From Patescibacteria group bacterium (GTDB lineage Bacteria > Patescibacteriota > Patescibacteriia > JBAZBY01): DNA of 64,000 nt. A program made the translations under genes and the position numbers. Position 1 is the first letter of the stretch; each line of letters begins with the position of its first letter. Of the stretch, positions 38,487 to 48,516 are shown in pieces. Location of the stretch: positions 897,130 to 961,129 of the forward strand of contig JBAZBY010000001.1 in assembly GCA_041671225.1 (NCBI GenBank). The letters are read 5' to 3'. The notes under the pieces were generated by a model, which was not told the DNA's origin, made no database searches, and was given only the letters and a program-made list of their open reading frames with translations.

Positions 38487-40454
38487 CTATTCTGTTGTTA
38501 GCGAATTGCGGATGGAAAAAATCACAGGGGCATTTAGCGCCGAAGTGTCCGTAAGATGATACACACCCCACTCTTGTTCGACCGTGCTGATGGTAAGCGG
38601 CGGATTCTGCTGCAGCGACCATGCGATAAAATTCACATCAAGCTGCTCATGCTCGTTGAGATAGGTATTCAGGTTTGTGGTGCTTTCAAGTTCCGGATAT
38701 GAGAAGGTAACCGTGCGTTCATAGGTGAGTGCCGCGTCAGGAATGCCGAGAAAATACGTTTCCGGCTGCGTGCTCACCACATACATGTCATCATGGCTCG
38801 CAAACAGCGCATCCAGTTTTTCCGGCGTCAGGTTATCAAGATTCGGTAACACGTCAATATCATAGACATAGTGCAACGCATATGCCCATTGCTGCCATCC
38901 CCATCCCGGTTCCATCAGCACTAATGCACGGTCAGGAAAAGATGCGGCAAACTCTTCCAACGGGGCACGCACCCCTTCATGATCTTGATACGTCACCAAC
39001 GGATAAAAAATCATCACCTGCACAAGTACAAGAACACCAATCACTCCCCATTGAATGAAATGTGAACGCTTCAAGAGATCCACCAGGCCAATACTACCGG
39101 CAAGATACAGAAAAGGAATGAAAACCGGGTAATACCGTCGCATATACCACGGCTGATCCAAAGCAATTAACGGATCCCAGACAAAAAACAATGCCGGGGA
39201 AAGAAAAAATACTACCCAGAATAGGCGGCTATGAAAACTTCCTCGCACGTAGCCAATCAACGCGAGAACTGCAAACGGAAGAAGAAAATATGGTACAAAA
39301 CTCTGGAGAACGTAATGGCTTTTCAGTATACTCCAAGAAATCTCATTTTGACCTGGAAGCCACCAAAAGAGCAAAAACAATTCAAAAGCGATAAGAACAA
39401 AAATAAATAACTTTGCGGTCTTACGTGCTGCAATATGATAGCGTTGTAGAAGTGTTGCGCCCACAAAAAAAAGAAAGAGTGCCACGATGCCCACACCGAG
39501 GAGTGGCAACCATGTTGAGGATGTCACAAGATGACCATAGGAATCTTGCAGATAATCAGCGCCATAGAAGGCCGTATAACGCCATAACAACACTCCAGAA
39601 GCAGCAAGCGGGAGAAGCCACAATAATGCCGGTGCATAAAATGAAAAGTCCTTCCTGCGTACATACGCAAGAAGTAACGCTGCCACAGCATATGCCCCAA
39701 GGTACAACACGCCTTCAATCCGCGTAAGAAGACCGACTGCGAGTGGTAATGTACCCAGAAGCAGCCATGTTCCTGAACGCTCACGATATGCGCGCAGTAA
39801 CGCATACGCCGCTGTCCATATTAAAAAAATGAAAAGGTTCTCGGAAAGTGTCCGCCTTGGAATCCAAAAAAATAAGTATGATGACGCAAAGAAAACCATA
39901 AAACTGGCGCCAACAATCCGAGAATGTGCCTCAACGCCAACCATATACAATACGAGCAGAGTAAGAAAAATCAATATACCATTCACCGCTGCGCCGGCAT
40001 CAATTCCTCCAAAGTGCATTCCTGCAGCTAAGACTGCGGTGTATCCCGGCAAGAACTGTGAGGTATACTCATCTGGGGCTATTTCACGATACGGATGAAA
40101 CGGCGCGGAGAGTGGATCAATAAAAGAAAGTGATCCTGATTCGGTAAGCTGTACTGCTGCGGTCAAAATACCCATGTCATCGCGGCCACGTGGGAGATCG
40201 TGCTGATACAATGCTGTAAATAGTGCGAGTGCTGCGGCAAAAATAAGTGCCACAATATCCCAACGAACGTGATATATATGCTTGTGCTGTGTAGCAAAAA
40301 AACGAACCCACAATGCCCACCCAATAACGCCCGCACTGAGAATACCAAGTACCACATGCGGACTAAAGAAACCAAAAACTGCCGCACCAATGAGTGTGAG
40401 TAGCAGTAAAGATACGAGAAAAAAGAGCCCCGCTATTGCTTGAAATACTCTCAT
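38487..40454 (-). CDS. GT-C membrane glycosyltransferase, ArnT/PMT-like
   Basis: 655 aa, polytopic. The first loop, LPRGRDDMGILTAAVQLTESGSLSF, parallels the ArnT DE...SGDW loop. C-terminal soluble domain. Confidence 0.5.
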   Translation of the reverse strand: MRVFQAIAGLFFLVSLLLLTLIGAAVFGFFSPHVVLGILSAGVIGWALWVRFFATQHKHIYHVRWDIVALIFAAALALFTALYQHDLPRGRDDMGILTAAVQLTESGSLSFIDPLSAPFHPYREIAPDEYTSQFLPGYTAVLAAGMHFGGIDAGAAVNGILIFLTLLVLYMVGVEAHSRIVGASFMVFFASSYLFFWIPRRTLSENLFIFLIWTAAYALLRAYRERSGTWLLLGTLPLAVGLLTRIEGVLYLGAYAVAALLLAYVRRKDFSFYAPALLWLLPLAASGVLLWRYTAFYGADYLQDSYGHLVTSSTWLPLLGVGIVALFLFFVGATLLQRYHIAARKTAKLFIFVLIAFELFLLFWWLPGQNEISWSILKSHYVLQSFVPYFLLPFAVLALIGYVRGSFHSRLFWVVFFLSPALFFVWDPLIALDQPWYMRRYYPVFIPFLYLAGSIGLVDLLKRSHFIQWGVIGVLVLVQVMIFYPLVTYQDHEGVRAPLEEFAASFPDRALVLMEPGWGWQQWAYALHYVYDIDVLPNLDNLTPEKLDALFASHDDMYVVSTQPETYFLGIPDAALTYERTVTFSYPELESTTNLNTYLNEHEQLDVNFIAWSLQQNPPLTISTVEQEWGVYHLTDTSALNAPVIFSIRNSLTTE

Positions 40455-41527
40455 GCGCGTGAAGCGAGTACCTGCTTATAAACCTTATAATATTTCTCGG
40501 CCAGTCGTTCCCAGGAAAAATGTTCAATGGTAAACGCTGCCGCTGAGCGTGAAAGGTCTTTTAAGGCCTGTGGATCATCAAGAAACTGCTGTATAGCGCG
40601 CGCTGCGGCTGGTGCGTCCTGTTCAGGAAAGTACACGCCATTCTGGCCATCAATAATCGCTTCTGCAATGCCCTCAATACCCGTCGTAAGCACGGGAAGT
40701 CCCCTGCTGGCCGCTTCAATGGCCACAATACCGAATCCCTCTGCATCCCCCATAACGGTCTTGTTTGGCATAACAAAAAGATCAGCGCCTGTGTACGCGA
40801 TATCACGCTCTTCATCGCTGATCTCACCGGCAAGAAAAACCCTTCGCGAAATTCCCCGTTCGCGAATCGCGCGTAATATCGTCTCTTCTTCTGGTCCTGC
40901 GCCCGCAATCAATACATAGACACGTTCAGGGAGCAGAGGCATCACATCGCGTATGAACCAGGACATATTCTTGCGCTCAATAAGTCTGCCAACGCTCAAG
41001 AGAAGAAACGCCTTCTCAGGGATACCATAACGCACGCTCATTGATTTTCGCGCACTGATGCTGTCCTGCTGTGCGGGAGGCATGATGCCGTTGGGAATAA
41101 CAGAAACGCGATCATGTGCAACGCCGCGAGCAAGAAGAAATGCAACCGTTGGCTTACTGACGGAAATAATGTGTGCAAGACGAGGAAGAACGCGCCGCAA
41201 TGCCAACTGATACAACCGCCGCCGCCAGACAACATCCAACGCATGGACGGTTGTCACAAGAGGAAAACGGCACAGTCGCGATAGCGGGTAGAGCGCAACC
41301 GCCATGACGGCATCTGTTGTGTGAACGACATCGGGTTTGCGAAAGATACACAGCCAACACATGCGAAGCCACGTTAAAGGCAACCACCATAAAAGATGCA
41401 GCTGGGAGCGATTGAGGATCATTGCCGACGATTCTTCTGCAATGCTCGTGGCAATGAGATCCGCGCTATACCGCTCCATCCCCCCCACGATCGGAGGATG
41501 TTTTCTCGTGATATACAGGACTCTCAT
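40451..41527 (-). CDS. GT4 glycosyltransferase
   Basis: MRVLYITRKHPPIVGGMERY..., VMPNKTVMGDAEGFGIVAIEAASRGLPVL. It overlaps the upstream GT2 by 62 nt. Confidence 0.8.
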   Translation of the reverse strand: MRVLYITRKHPPIVGGMERYSADLIATSIAEESSAMILNRSQLHLLWWLPLTWLRMCWLCIFRKPDVVHTTDAVMAVALYPLSRLCRFPLVTTVHALDVVWRRRLYQLALRRVLPRLAHIISVSKPTVAFLLARGVAHDRVSVIPNGIMPPAQQDSISARKSMSVRYGIPEKAFLLLSVGRLIERKNMSWFIRDVMPLLPERVYVLIAGAGPEEETILRAIRERGISRRVFLAGEISDEERDIAYTGADLFVMPNKTVMGDAEGFGIVAIEAASRGLPVLTTGIEGIAEAIIDGQNGVYFPEQDAPAAARAIQQFLDDPQALKDLSRSAAAFTIEHFSWERLAEKYYKVYKQVLASRA

Positions 41528-42473
41528 GCTCGGTTTGTTCCTTCTTTATTCGATACAAAATTTCCTCGAGTAATTTCCGATTCCAACCGATCGCTGAAGC
41601 CAAAAGACCGATGATAAAAATTTGAAACCCAAGAATGATCAGCGCTGAAGCAAGGATCAATGATTGAATATGACCTTCGCCTCCATTGGCTGCAAAAAAG
41701 TAGAACCAAAAAAAGCGCACAATAAAGGCCAAACCACAAGCGAAGATAATACCGCCAATGATCGTCATAACCCGCAATGGTTTATACAAAGTAAAAATGC
41801 GAAAGATGACAATAAGCGAGCGGACAATATGCGAAGGGAGAGATTTGATGAGACGCGATTTCCGCGCGACAGGGCGAGCCTTGATGGGAACTTCCACAAC
41901 CGTCAATTGCTGGTCGAGCGCCTGAATAATGGTTTCATGCGTATACGTATGGCGGGAAAACACATGCATGTGCAGTGCGGCTTCGCGATTATACGCCCGA
42001 AAGCCCGTAGAAACATCCAGGGTATCCTTGCGGCCGATAATACGGCTCACAAGCCACGAGCCGAGCTTGTTCCCTTGCCGATTCACGGTCTTCATATCTT
42101 CAAGCTTGTCCACTTCACGTCCGCCGACAACAACATCTGCGCGGCCTTCAAGAATCGGCGCAATGAGTTCAGGAATGCGTGATTGGTCATAGTGATTGTC
42201 CGCGTCGGTATTCACCACAATATCCGCACCCATGGCAAGTGCGCACTCAATGCCATCCTGAAATGTTTTTGCAAGTCCTTTGTTGCCTGCATGCATGAGG
42301 ATCTCATCTGCCCCAGCCTCCCGTGCAACGTCACTCGTACGGTCCTTGGAGCCATCATTCATAACAAGAACACGGACATCCGTAATGCCGGGAATAGTAC
42401 GAGGAATCTCACGGATCACGCCCGCGATCGTTGCCTCCTCATTATATGCCGGAATAGTGACGACCAGTCTCAT
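41466..42473 (-). CDS. GT2 polyprenyl-phosphate glycosyltransferase (DPM1/GtrB-like) with C-terminal TM helices
   Basis: LVVTIPAYNEE...VLVMNDGSKDRT...VVNTDADNHY plus C-terminal TM hairpins. ATGA overlap with the ugd stop. Confidence 0.8.
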   Translation of the reverse strand: MRLVVTIPAYNEEATIAGVIREIPRTIPGITDVRVLVMNDGSKDRTSDVAREAGADEILMHAGNKGLAKTFQDGIECALAMGADIVVNTDADNHYDQSRIPELIAPILEGRADVVVGGREVDKLEDMKTVNRQGNKLGSWLVSRIIGRKDTLDVSTGFRAYNREAALHMHVFSRHTYTHETIIQALDQQLTVVEVPIKARPVARKSRLIKSLPSHIVRSLIVIFRIFTLYKPLRVMTIIGGIIFACGLAFIVRFFWFYFFAANGGEGHIQSLILASALIILGFQIFIIGLLASAIGWNRKLLEEILYRIKKEQTEHESPVYHEKTSSDRGGDGAV

Positions 42474-43771
42474 GTTTGGGGTTTTCCAATACCTTCGTAG
42501 TCAAACCCTAGCTTGTTCATGACCACCCCGTCAAGAAGATTCTTTCCATCAATAAGAATGGGCTTTTTCATGAGACGCTTGATCTTCTTCCAATCCATCG
42601 TGATGAATTCTTCCCATTCTGTGGCAATCACTGCTGCTTGTGCGCCTTTTGCTGCTTCATAGGGGTCAGTGAAATACTGTATGCTCTCGCCGAGAATACG
42701 CTCAGCATTTTTGGCTGCAACCGGATCATACGCGCGCACCTTTGCTCCTCTGCTCACCAGATCCTGAATGATACTGATGGCGGATGATTCACGCACATCA
42801 TCGGTATTATTCTTGAATGCAAGACCGAACACCGTAATGATCTTTCCATTCCCATTCAGTGATGAAAAACGCTTAAGCAATTTTTTCACAGGCAATTGGC
42901 GCTGGCGATTGTTCACTTCTATAACAGCGCGCACCAGCTGAAAATCATACCCAGAGTTGAGCGCAATATGATCGAGGGCGCGAACATCCTTTGGAAAACA
43001 AGAACCGCCATAACCGATACCCGCTTTGAGAAAACGGTGGCCAATACGTTGATCCAGACCCATGCCTTCTGCAACCTCCTCAACATCAGCGCCCACCTCT
43101 TCGCTGACATTGGCGATCTCATTGATGAATGAGATCTTCGTTGCGAGAAACGCATTGGATGCGTACTTGATCATTTCTGCGCTGGGAATGGACGTAACAA
43201 GCTTTGGCATTTTGAGTTTCTTGAAGACGTTGAGCATGACCCGCTCCGCCTTTTGAGAATCAACACCGATCACGACACGGTCTCCTTTGAAGAAATCCTC
43301 CACTGCAAAACCTTCACGCAGGAACTCCGGTGTTGAAACGACGTCAAATGGTCCTTTATGATTCTTCTTCACGATTCCGCGCACGACTTCTGCGGTACCC
43401 ACGGGAACAGTGCTTTTGTCGGCAATGACTGCATACCCTTTCAGATGCTGTGCAACGGACTTGGCAGCTGCTTTGACCTGCGAAAGGTCTGCACGTCCAT
43501 CTGGCATTGAAGGCGTGCCGACGCAAATAAACACAACGTCAACATCCTTGATGCCTTCTGCATAATCCGTGGTGAAGATGAGTCGTTTTGCCTTCACGTT
43601 CTTTTTCACCAGTCGCTCAAGGCCAGGTTCATAAATGGGAATGATCCCGCTCTTCAGCTTGATGACTTTTTCTGCGGTGTTGTTAATGGCAACGACCTGG
43701 TGGCCAAGTTCTGCAAGACATGTCCCGGAAACAAGCCCGACATACCCGACACCGATAACAGCAATACGCAT
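42470..43771 (-). CDS. ugd: UDP-glucose 6-dehydrogenase
   Basis: MRIAVIGVGYVGLVSG and the catalytic Cys block GGSCFPKD. Confidence 0.9.
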   Translation of the reverse strand: MRIAVIGVGYVGLVSGTCLAELGHQVVAINNTAEKVIKLKSGIIPIYEPGLERLVKKNVKAKRLIFTTDYAEGIKDVDVVFICVGTPSMPDGRADLSQVKAAAKSVAQHLKGYAVIADKSTVPVGTAEVVRGIVKKNHKGPFDVVSTPEFLREGFAVEDFFKGDRVVIGVDSQKAERVMLNVFKKLKMPKLVTSIPSAEMIKYASNAFLATKISFINEIANVSEEVGADVEEVAEGMGLDQRIGHRFLKAGIGYGGSCFPKDVRALDHIALNSGYDFQLVRAVIEVNNRQRQLPVKKLLKRFSSLNGNGKIITVFGLAFKNNTDDVRESSAISIIQDLVSRGAKVRAYDPVAAKNAERILGESIQYFTDPYEAAKGAQAAVIATEWEEFITMDWKKIKRLMKKPILIDGKNLLDGVVMNKLGFDYEGIGKPQT

Positions 43772-43792
43772 AAACGAATATGAATGAATAAA

Positions 43793-45091
43793 TTACCGAC
43801 CAATACCTGAATAATGAATTCCTGCATCAATCATTGCATCCTTGTCTAATACATTTTTGCCATCGACAAATGCAAGAATATTATTCTCCTTCAAGAGATT
43901 GGGTGTGAGTTCCATAAACTCCTTGTGATCTGTTACCAAAACCAATGCATCACTTTTTTTCAATAATTCCTTGAGTGAAGAGGCGGTTCCCTTCTTTGGA
44001 AGATGAGGATCAAAGCTTTCAACGGACGCACCAAGTTCCTTCAACTCATCTTGAATCTTATAGAAGGGGCTCTCACGGTCATCATCGATATTTGCTTTAT
44101 AAGCAATCCCAAGAAGACCGACCGTACTCCCCTTCACTGCCTTGCCCGCGGCATTCATTAAACGAAGCAACTTCCCTACGGTATACGCCGGCATGCTGTT
44201 ATTAATATCCCGTGCGAGCTGCAAAAACTCATGAGTAAAACCACTCTGCTTCGCTCGCTCGATAAGATAATAAGGGTCGACCGGAATGCAGTGCCCGCCA
44301 ATACCCGCCGAAGGGTAATGCGCCATGAAAGAAAATGGCTTTGTCTTTGCGCCTTCAATCACATCAAGAATATCAATACCGAGTATATCAAAGGACTTCG
44401 CAAGTTCATTTACAAATGCAATATTCACATCGCGAAAAGAATTCTCAACGATCTTCACTGCTTCTGCTTCCTTCAATGACTTCATCGGATGAATCTCGGC
44501 CTCGATGATACTTTCATAAAATTCCTTTGCGCGACGCAATGATGCAGCATCAAAGCCTCCAACAACGCGCGGAATGTTACGCACATTCCATTTTGGATCT
44601 CCGGGATTAATCCGTTCCGGGCAATGAGCAAGATAAAAATCCTTCCCTACCTTCTTGCCATCTCTCTCAAGAATAGGGAGAACAACCTCTTCAGAAACAC
44701 CGGGATTAATGGTGGATTCAAGGACGATCAGCTGGCCATCGCGCATATGCGCGCGGACCTTCTCCATACTGTCGCGTACCGGCCCAAGATCAGGAGTATG
44801 ACTGCGGTCGACGGGCGTGGGAACACAGGAAATAACAATATCACCTTCTGTGATGATTGCTGGATCCGCTGAAGCGGTGATACTGACTCGTGATAGCCAC
44901 TCATTCAATAAGGGGTCATCAATAGGACTCTTGCCCGCATTGATCATGGCGATCTTCTTTTCATCCAGCGCATGCCCAAGAACGCGATACCCCTTCTCTG
45001 CAGCAAGACAAGCAAGCGGTAGCCCGACGTAACCGAGGCCAATAATGACAATTGTCTTTTTGTTCTGTGACATGGAATGGTTATGAAACAA
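43793..45091 (-). CDS. UDP-N-acetyl-D-mannosamine/glucosamine dehydrogenase (WecC/WbpA/Cap5O family)
   Basis: IVIIGLGYVGLPLA and the catalytic GIGGHCIPVDPYYL block. It is distinct from the ugd paralog next door. Confidence 0.8.
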   Translation of the reverse strand: MFHNHSMSQNKKTIVIIGLGYVGLPLACLAAEKGYRVLGHALDEKKIAMINAGKSPIDDPLLNEWLSRVSITASADPAIITEGDIVISCVPTPVDRSHTPDLGPVRDSMEKVRAHMRDGQLIVLESTINPGVSEEVVLPILERDGKKVGKDFYLAHCPERINPGDPKWNVRNIPRVVGGFDAASLRRAKEFYESIIEAEIHPMKSLKEAEAVKIVENSFRDVNIAFVNELAKSFDILGIDILDVIEGAKTKPFSFMAHYPSAGIGGHCIPVDPYYLIERAKQSGFTHEFLQLARDINNSMPAYTVGKLLRLMNAAGKAVKGSTVGLLGIAYKANIDDDRESPFYKIQDELKELGASVESFDPHLPKKGTASSLKELLKKSDALVLVTDHKEFMELTPNLLKENNILAFVDGKNVLDKDAMIDAGIHYSGIGR

Positions 45092-45123
45092 GAGGAAATA
45101 TCTTCCCCTTGTGACTGCCTATC

Positions 45124-46298
<1,175 letters not shown>

Positions 46299-46302
<4 letters not shown>

Positions 46303-47339
46303 GATTCGTTTTCTTGATAATATTCAGAATTAAATTCAATGGTGTTGCTCCCGCGGAGCGCATCAACGGTTCGTTTCAGCCCTTCATCATATGAAACCAC
46401 GGGAAACCAGCCAAGCTTTTCTTTTGCGCGGTGAATACTGGGAATCCCCTGCTTCACGGTATACGGAAGATGCGGGCTATAACGAATGGTGGATGGCGAA
46501 CCGAGCAGCGTGATGATCTTTTTTGCAATCTCGCCCACAGTAATTTGTTCCGGATTCCCCACATTCACAGGACCATGCTCATGCGATGCCATAAGCCGCA
46601 TTGCCGCTTCAAGCACATCAGAAACATACACCATGCTCACCATGTCATCCTTTGTGCCATAGATAGTCACCGGCTTACCCGCCATTGCATTACGAACAAA
46701 ATCCGGGATCATGCGGCCATCATCAAGCTGCATGCGCGATCCATAGGTGTTGAACACACGCATGATCTTTGCTTCTAATGCATACACTCTGCGGTAATTG
46801 GTGATAAGGCTCTCTGCAAAGCGTTTACCTTCGATATATGCCGAACGCGGGCCAACAGGGTCTGTATACCCCCAATACTGCTCAGGAAACGGGGTGGCTT
46901 CGCGAGGCTCTCCGTAGATCGCAGCGCTTGAGAAAAAAACAATGCGAGCCTCGTGTTTGCGCGCGAGATCAAGCGCGTTGCGTGTCCCAAGACTATTTGC
47001 AAGCAGCGTCTCAACGGGGTTTGCATGATAATACTTTGGCGATGTTGGTGATGCGAGGTGATAGATCTCCTGAATTCCCTGTGTCTGAATATCAAATTTC
47101 TTAAGCTCCTCATACTGCAGCACATCAAGCGGCTCGGTCATATCATGTTTTAAGAACTCAAAATCAGGATTCTTGAGGAGATGATGAATATTGATCTCTA
47201 GTCCTGTAGAAAAATTATCCACGCAAATCACGCGATCAGTCTTCACGAGAAGATCACACAAATGCGAACCTAAAAACCCAGCGCCGCCAGTGACGATGAT
47301 ATTCTTCTTTTCAAATTGAATGTCGTGTTTCTTCGCCAT
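46299..47339 (-). CDS. uxs: UDP-glucuronate decarboxylase (UDP-xylose synthase)
   Basis: [19 protein letters not shown], and the UXS-type [22 protein letters not shown] block. ATGA overlap with the metK start. Confidence 0.8.
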
Positions 47340-47344
47340 AGTGA

Positions 47345-48049
47345 TTACTGATAGCGTCCTCGTAAAGTATCGAGGCGTAGCGTAAAGAGTTCAAAAAGGG
47401 TTTTGAGATAATCGCTACTCCGTACTTTGCTGCGATCATCATTTCGCCAAAAAATTGGGACCTCCTTTACGCGTAACTTTTTTCTGCGTGCGAGAAAGAG
47501 AAGCTCAAAGTCGAATCCCCATCGGTCGTGTCGCTGCTGCTCAAAAAGTATGCGCGTTGTTGCTGTACGGAACAATTTGAAGCCGTTCTGCGTATCCGCA
47601 ATATGGGGAGTTGCAAACAAACGTATCAAGACATTGCCGAATCGCCCAAGCATCACCTTATGGAGTGACTGCGGCTTTACCACTTGCGCGCCCCGAACAC
47701 TTCGCGAGCCGATCACAATATCTCTTTCATGTATCTCCTTCAAAAAAAGATCAAGGGTTTCTATGGGCGTTGAGAGATCAACATCAGTAATGCAAATGAA
47801 ATCGCCCTTGGCCGCACATGCACCTGTTTTTACTGCAGCACCTTTTCCTTTATTTTGCTCATGACGCAACACTTTTACCGTCAATGCATGTGCCTCAGTA
47901 AGCGCAACCGTATCATCTGAACTTCCATCATCAACGAGAAAGACCTCATATGTCCACTGAACGGTCTTAAGGTACGCCTGAAGACGGTTTAGGGCATCTG
48001 TGATGCGTCCCGACTCATTATATGCGGGAAGAATAATGGAAACTAACAT
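47345..48049 (-). CDS. GT2 polyprenyl-phosphate glycosyltransferase (soluble, dolichyl-phosphate glucosyltransferase-like)
   Basis: VSIILPAYNE...FLVDDGSSDDT...ITDVDLSTP. Adjacent to gtrA. Confidence 0.75.
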   Translation of the reverse strand: MLVSIILPAYNESGRITDALNRLQAYLKTVQWTYEVFLVDDGSSDDTVALTEAHALTVKVLRHEQNKGKGAAVKTGACAAKGDFICITDVDLSTPIETLDLFLKEIHERDIVIGSRSVRGAQVVKPQSLHKVMLGRFGNVLIRLFATPHIADTQNGFKLFRTATTRILFEQQRHDRWGFDFELLFLARRKKLRVKEVPIFWRNDDRSKVRSSDYLKTLFELFTLRLDTLRGRYQ

Positions 48050-48087
48050 ATGACAACAACAGGATGATTATACTGAATAACGCGCTC

Positions 48088-48516
48088 TCAGACAAGCTTC
48101 TCTTTAAAGGTCCAAAACCGATTCGCAAGAAAGTTCCAAAGAAGCACTGCAGCAACAGAAATAATCTTTGCGGGGATATCCGTGAGGCCTGAGTGCTCAA
48201 CAAGAAAGTAGAGGATGCCGGTTGTGAGGCCAAGTCCTACTGTTGCGACAATCAAAAACTTTACAAACTGTCGATGCACGCGGGGGTCATTGCTACGAAA
48301 CGTCCAGCGACGGTTCCAATTATAACTCCACGTTGCGGCGAGCAAAAAAGCAATGACATTTGCGGCAAGAAAATGAACGCCAAAGGCGCGAGTGAACAAA
48401 AGGTACGCAGCAAAATCAACAACGGTATTCGACGCGCCGACTAATGAAAATTTCACAAATTGGCGCACCATTGGACGCCGCGTCATGGCATGCATTGATC
48501 CAAAGATCCTCCTCAT
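48088..48516 (-). CDS. gtrA: GtrA-family lipid-linked sugar translocase
   Basis: 142 aa with 4 TM helices. QFVKFSLVGASNTVVDF...NFLANRFWTF is the GtrA signature. Confidence 0.75.
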   Translation of the reverse strand: MRRIFGSMHAMTRRPMVRQFVKFSLVGASNTVVDFAAYLLFTRAFGVHFLAANVIAFLLAATWSYNWNRRWTFRSNDPRVHRQFVKFLIVATVGLGLTTGILYFLVEHSGLTDIPAKIISVAAVLLWNFLANRFWTFKEKLV

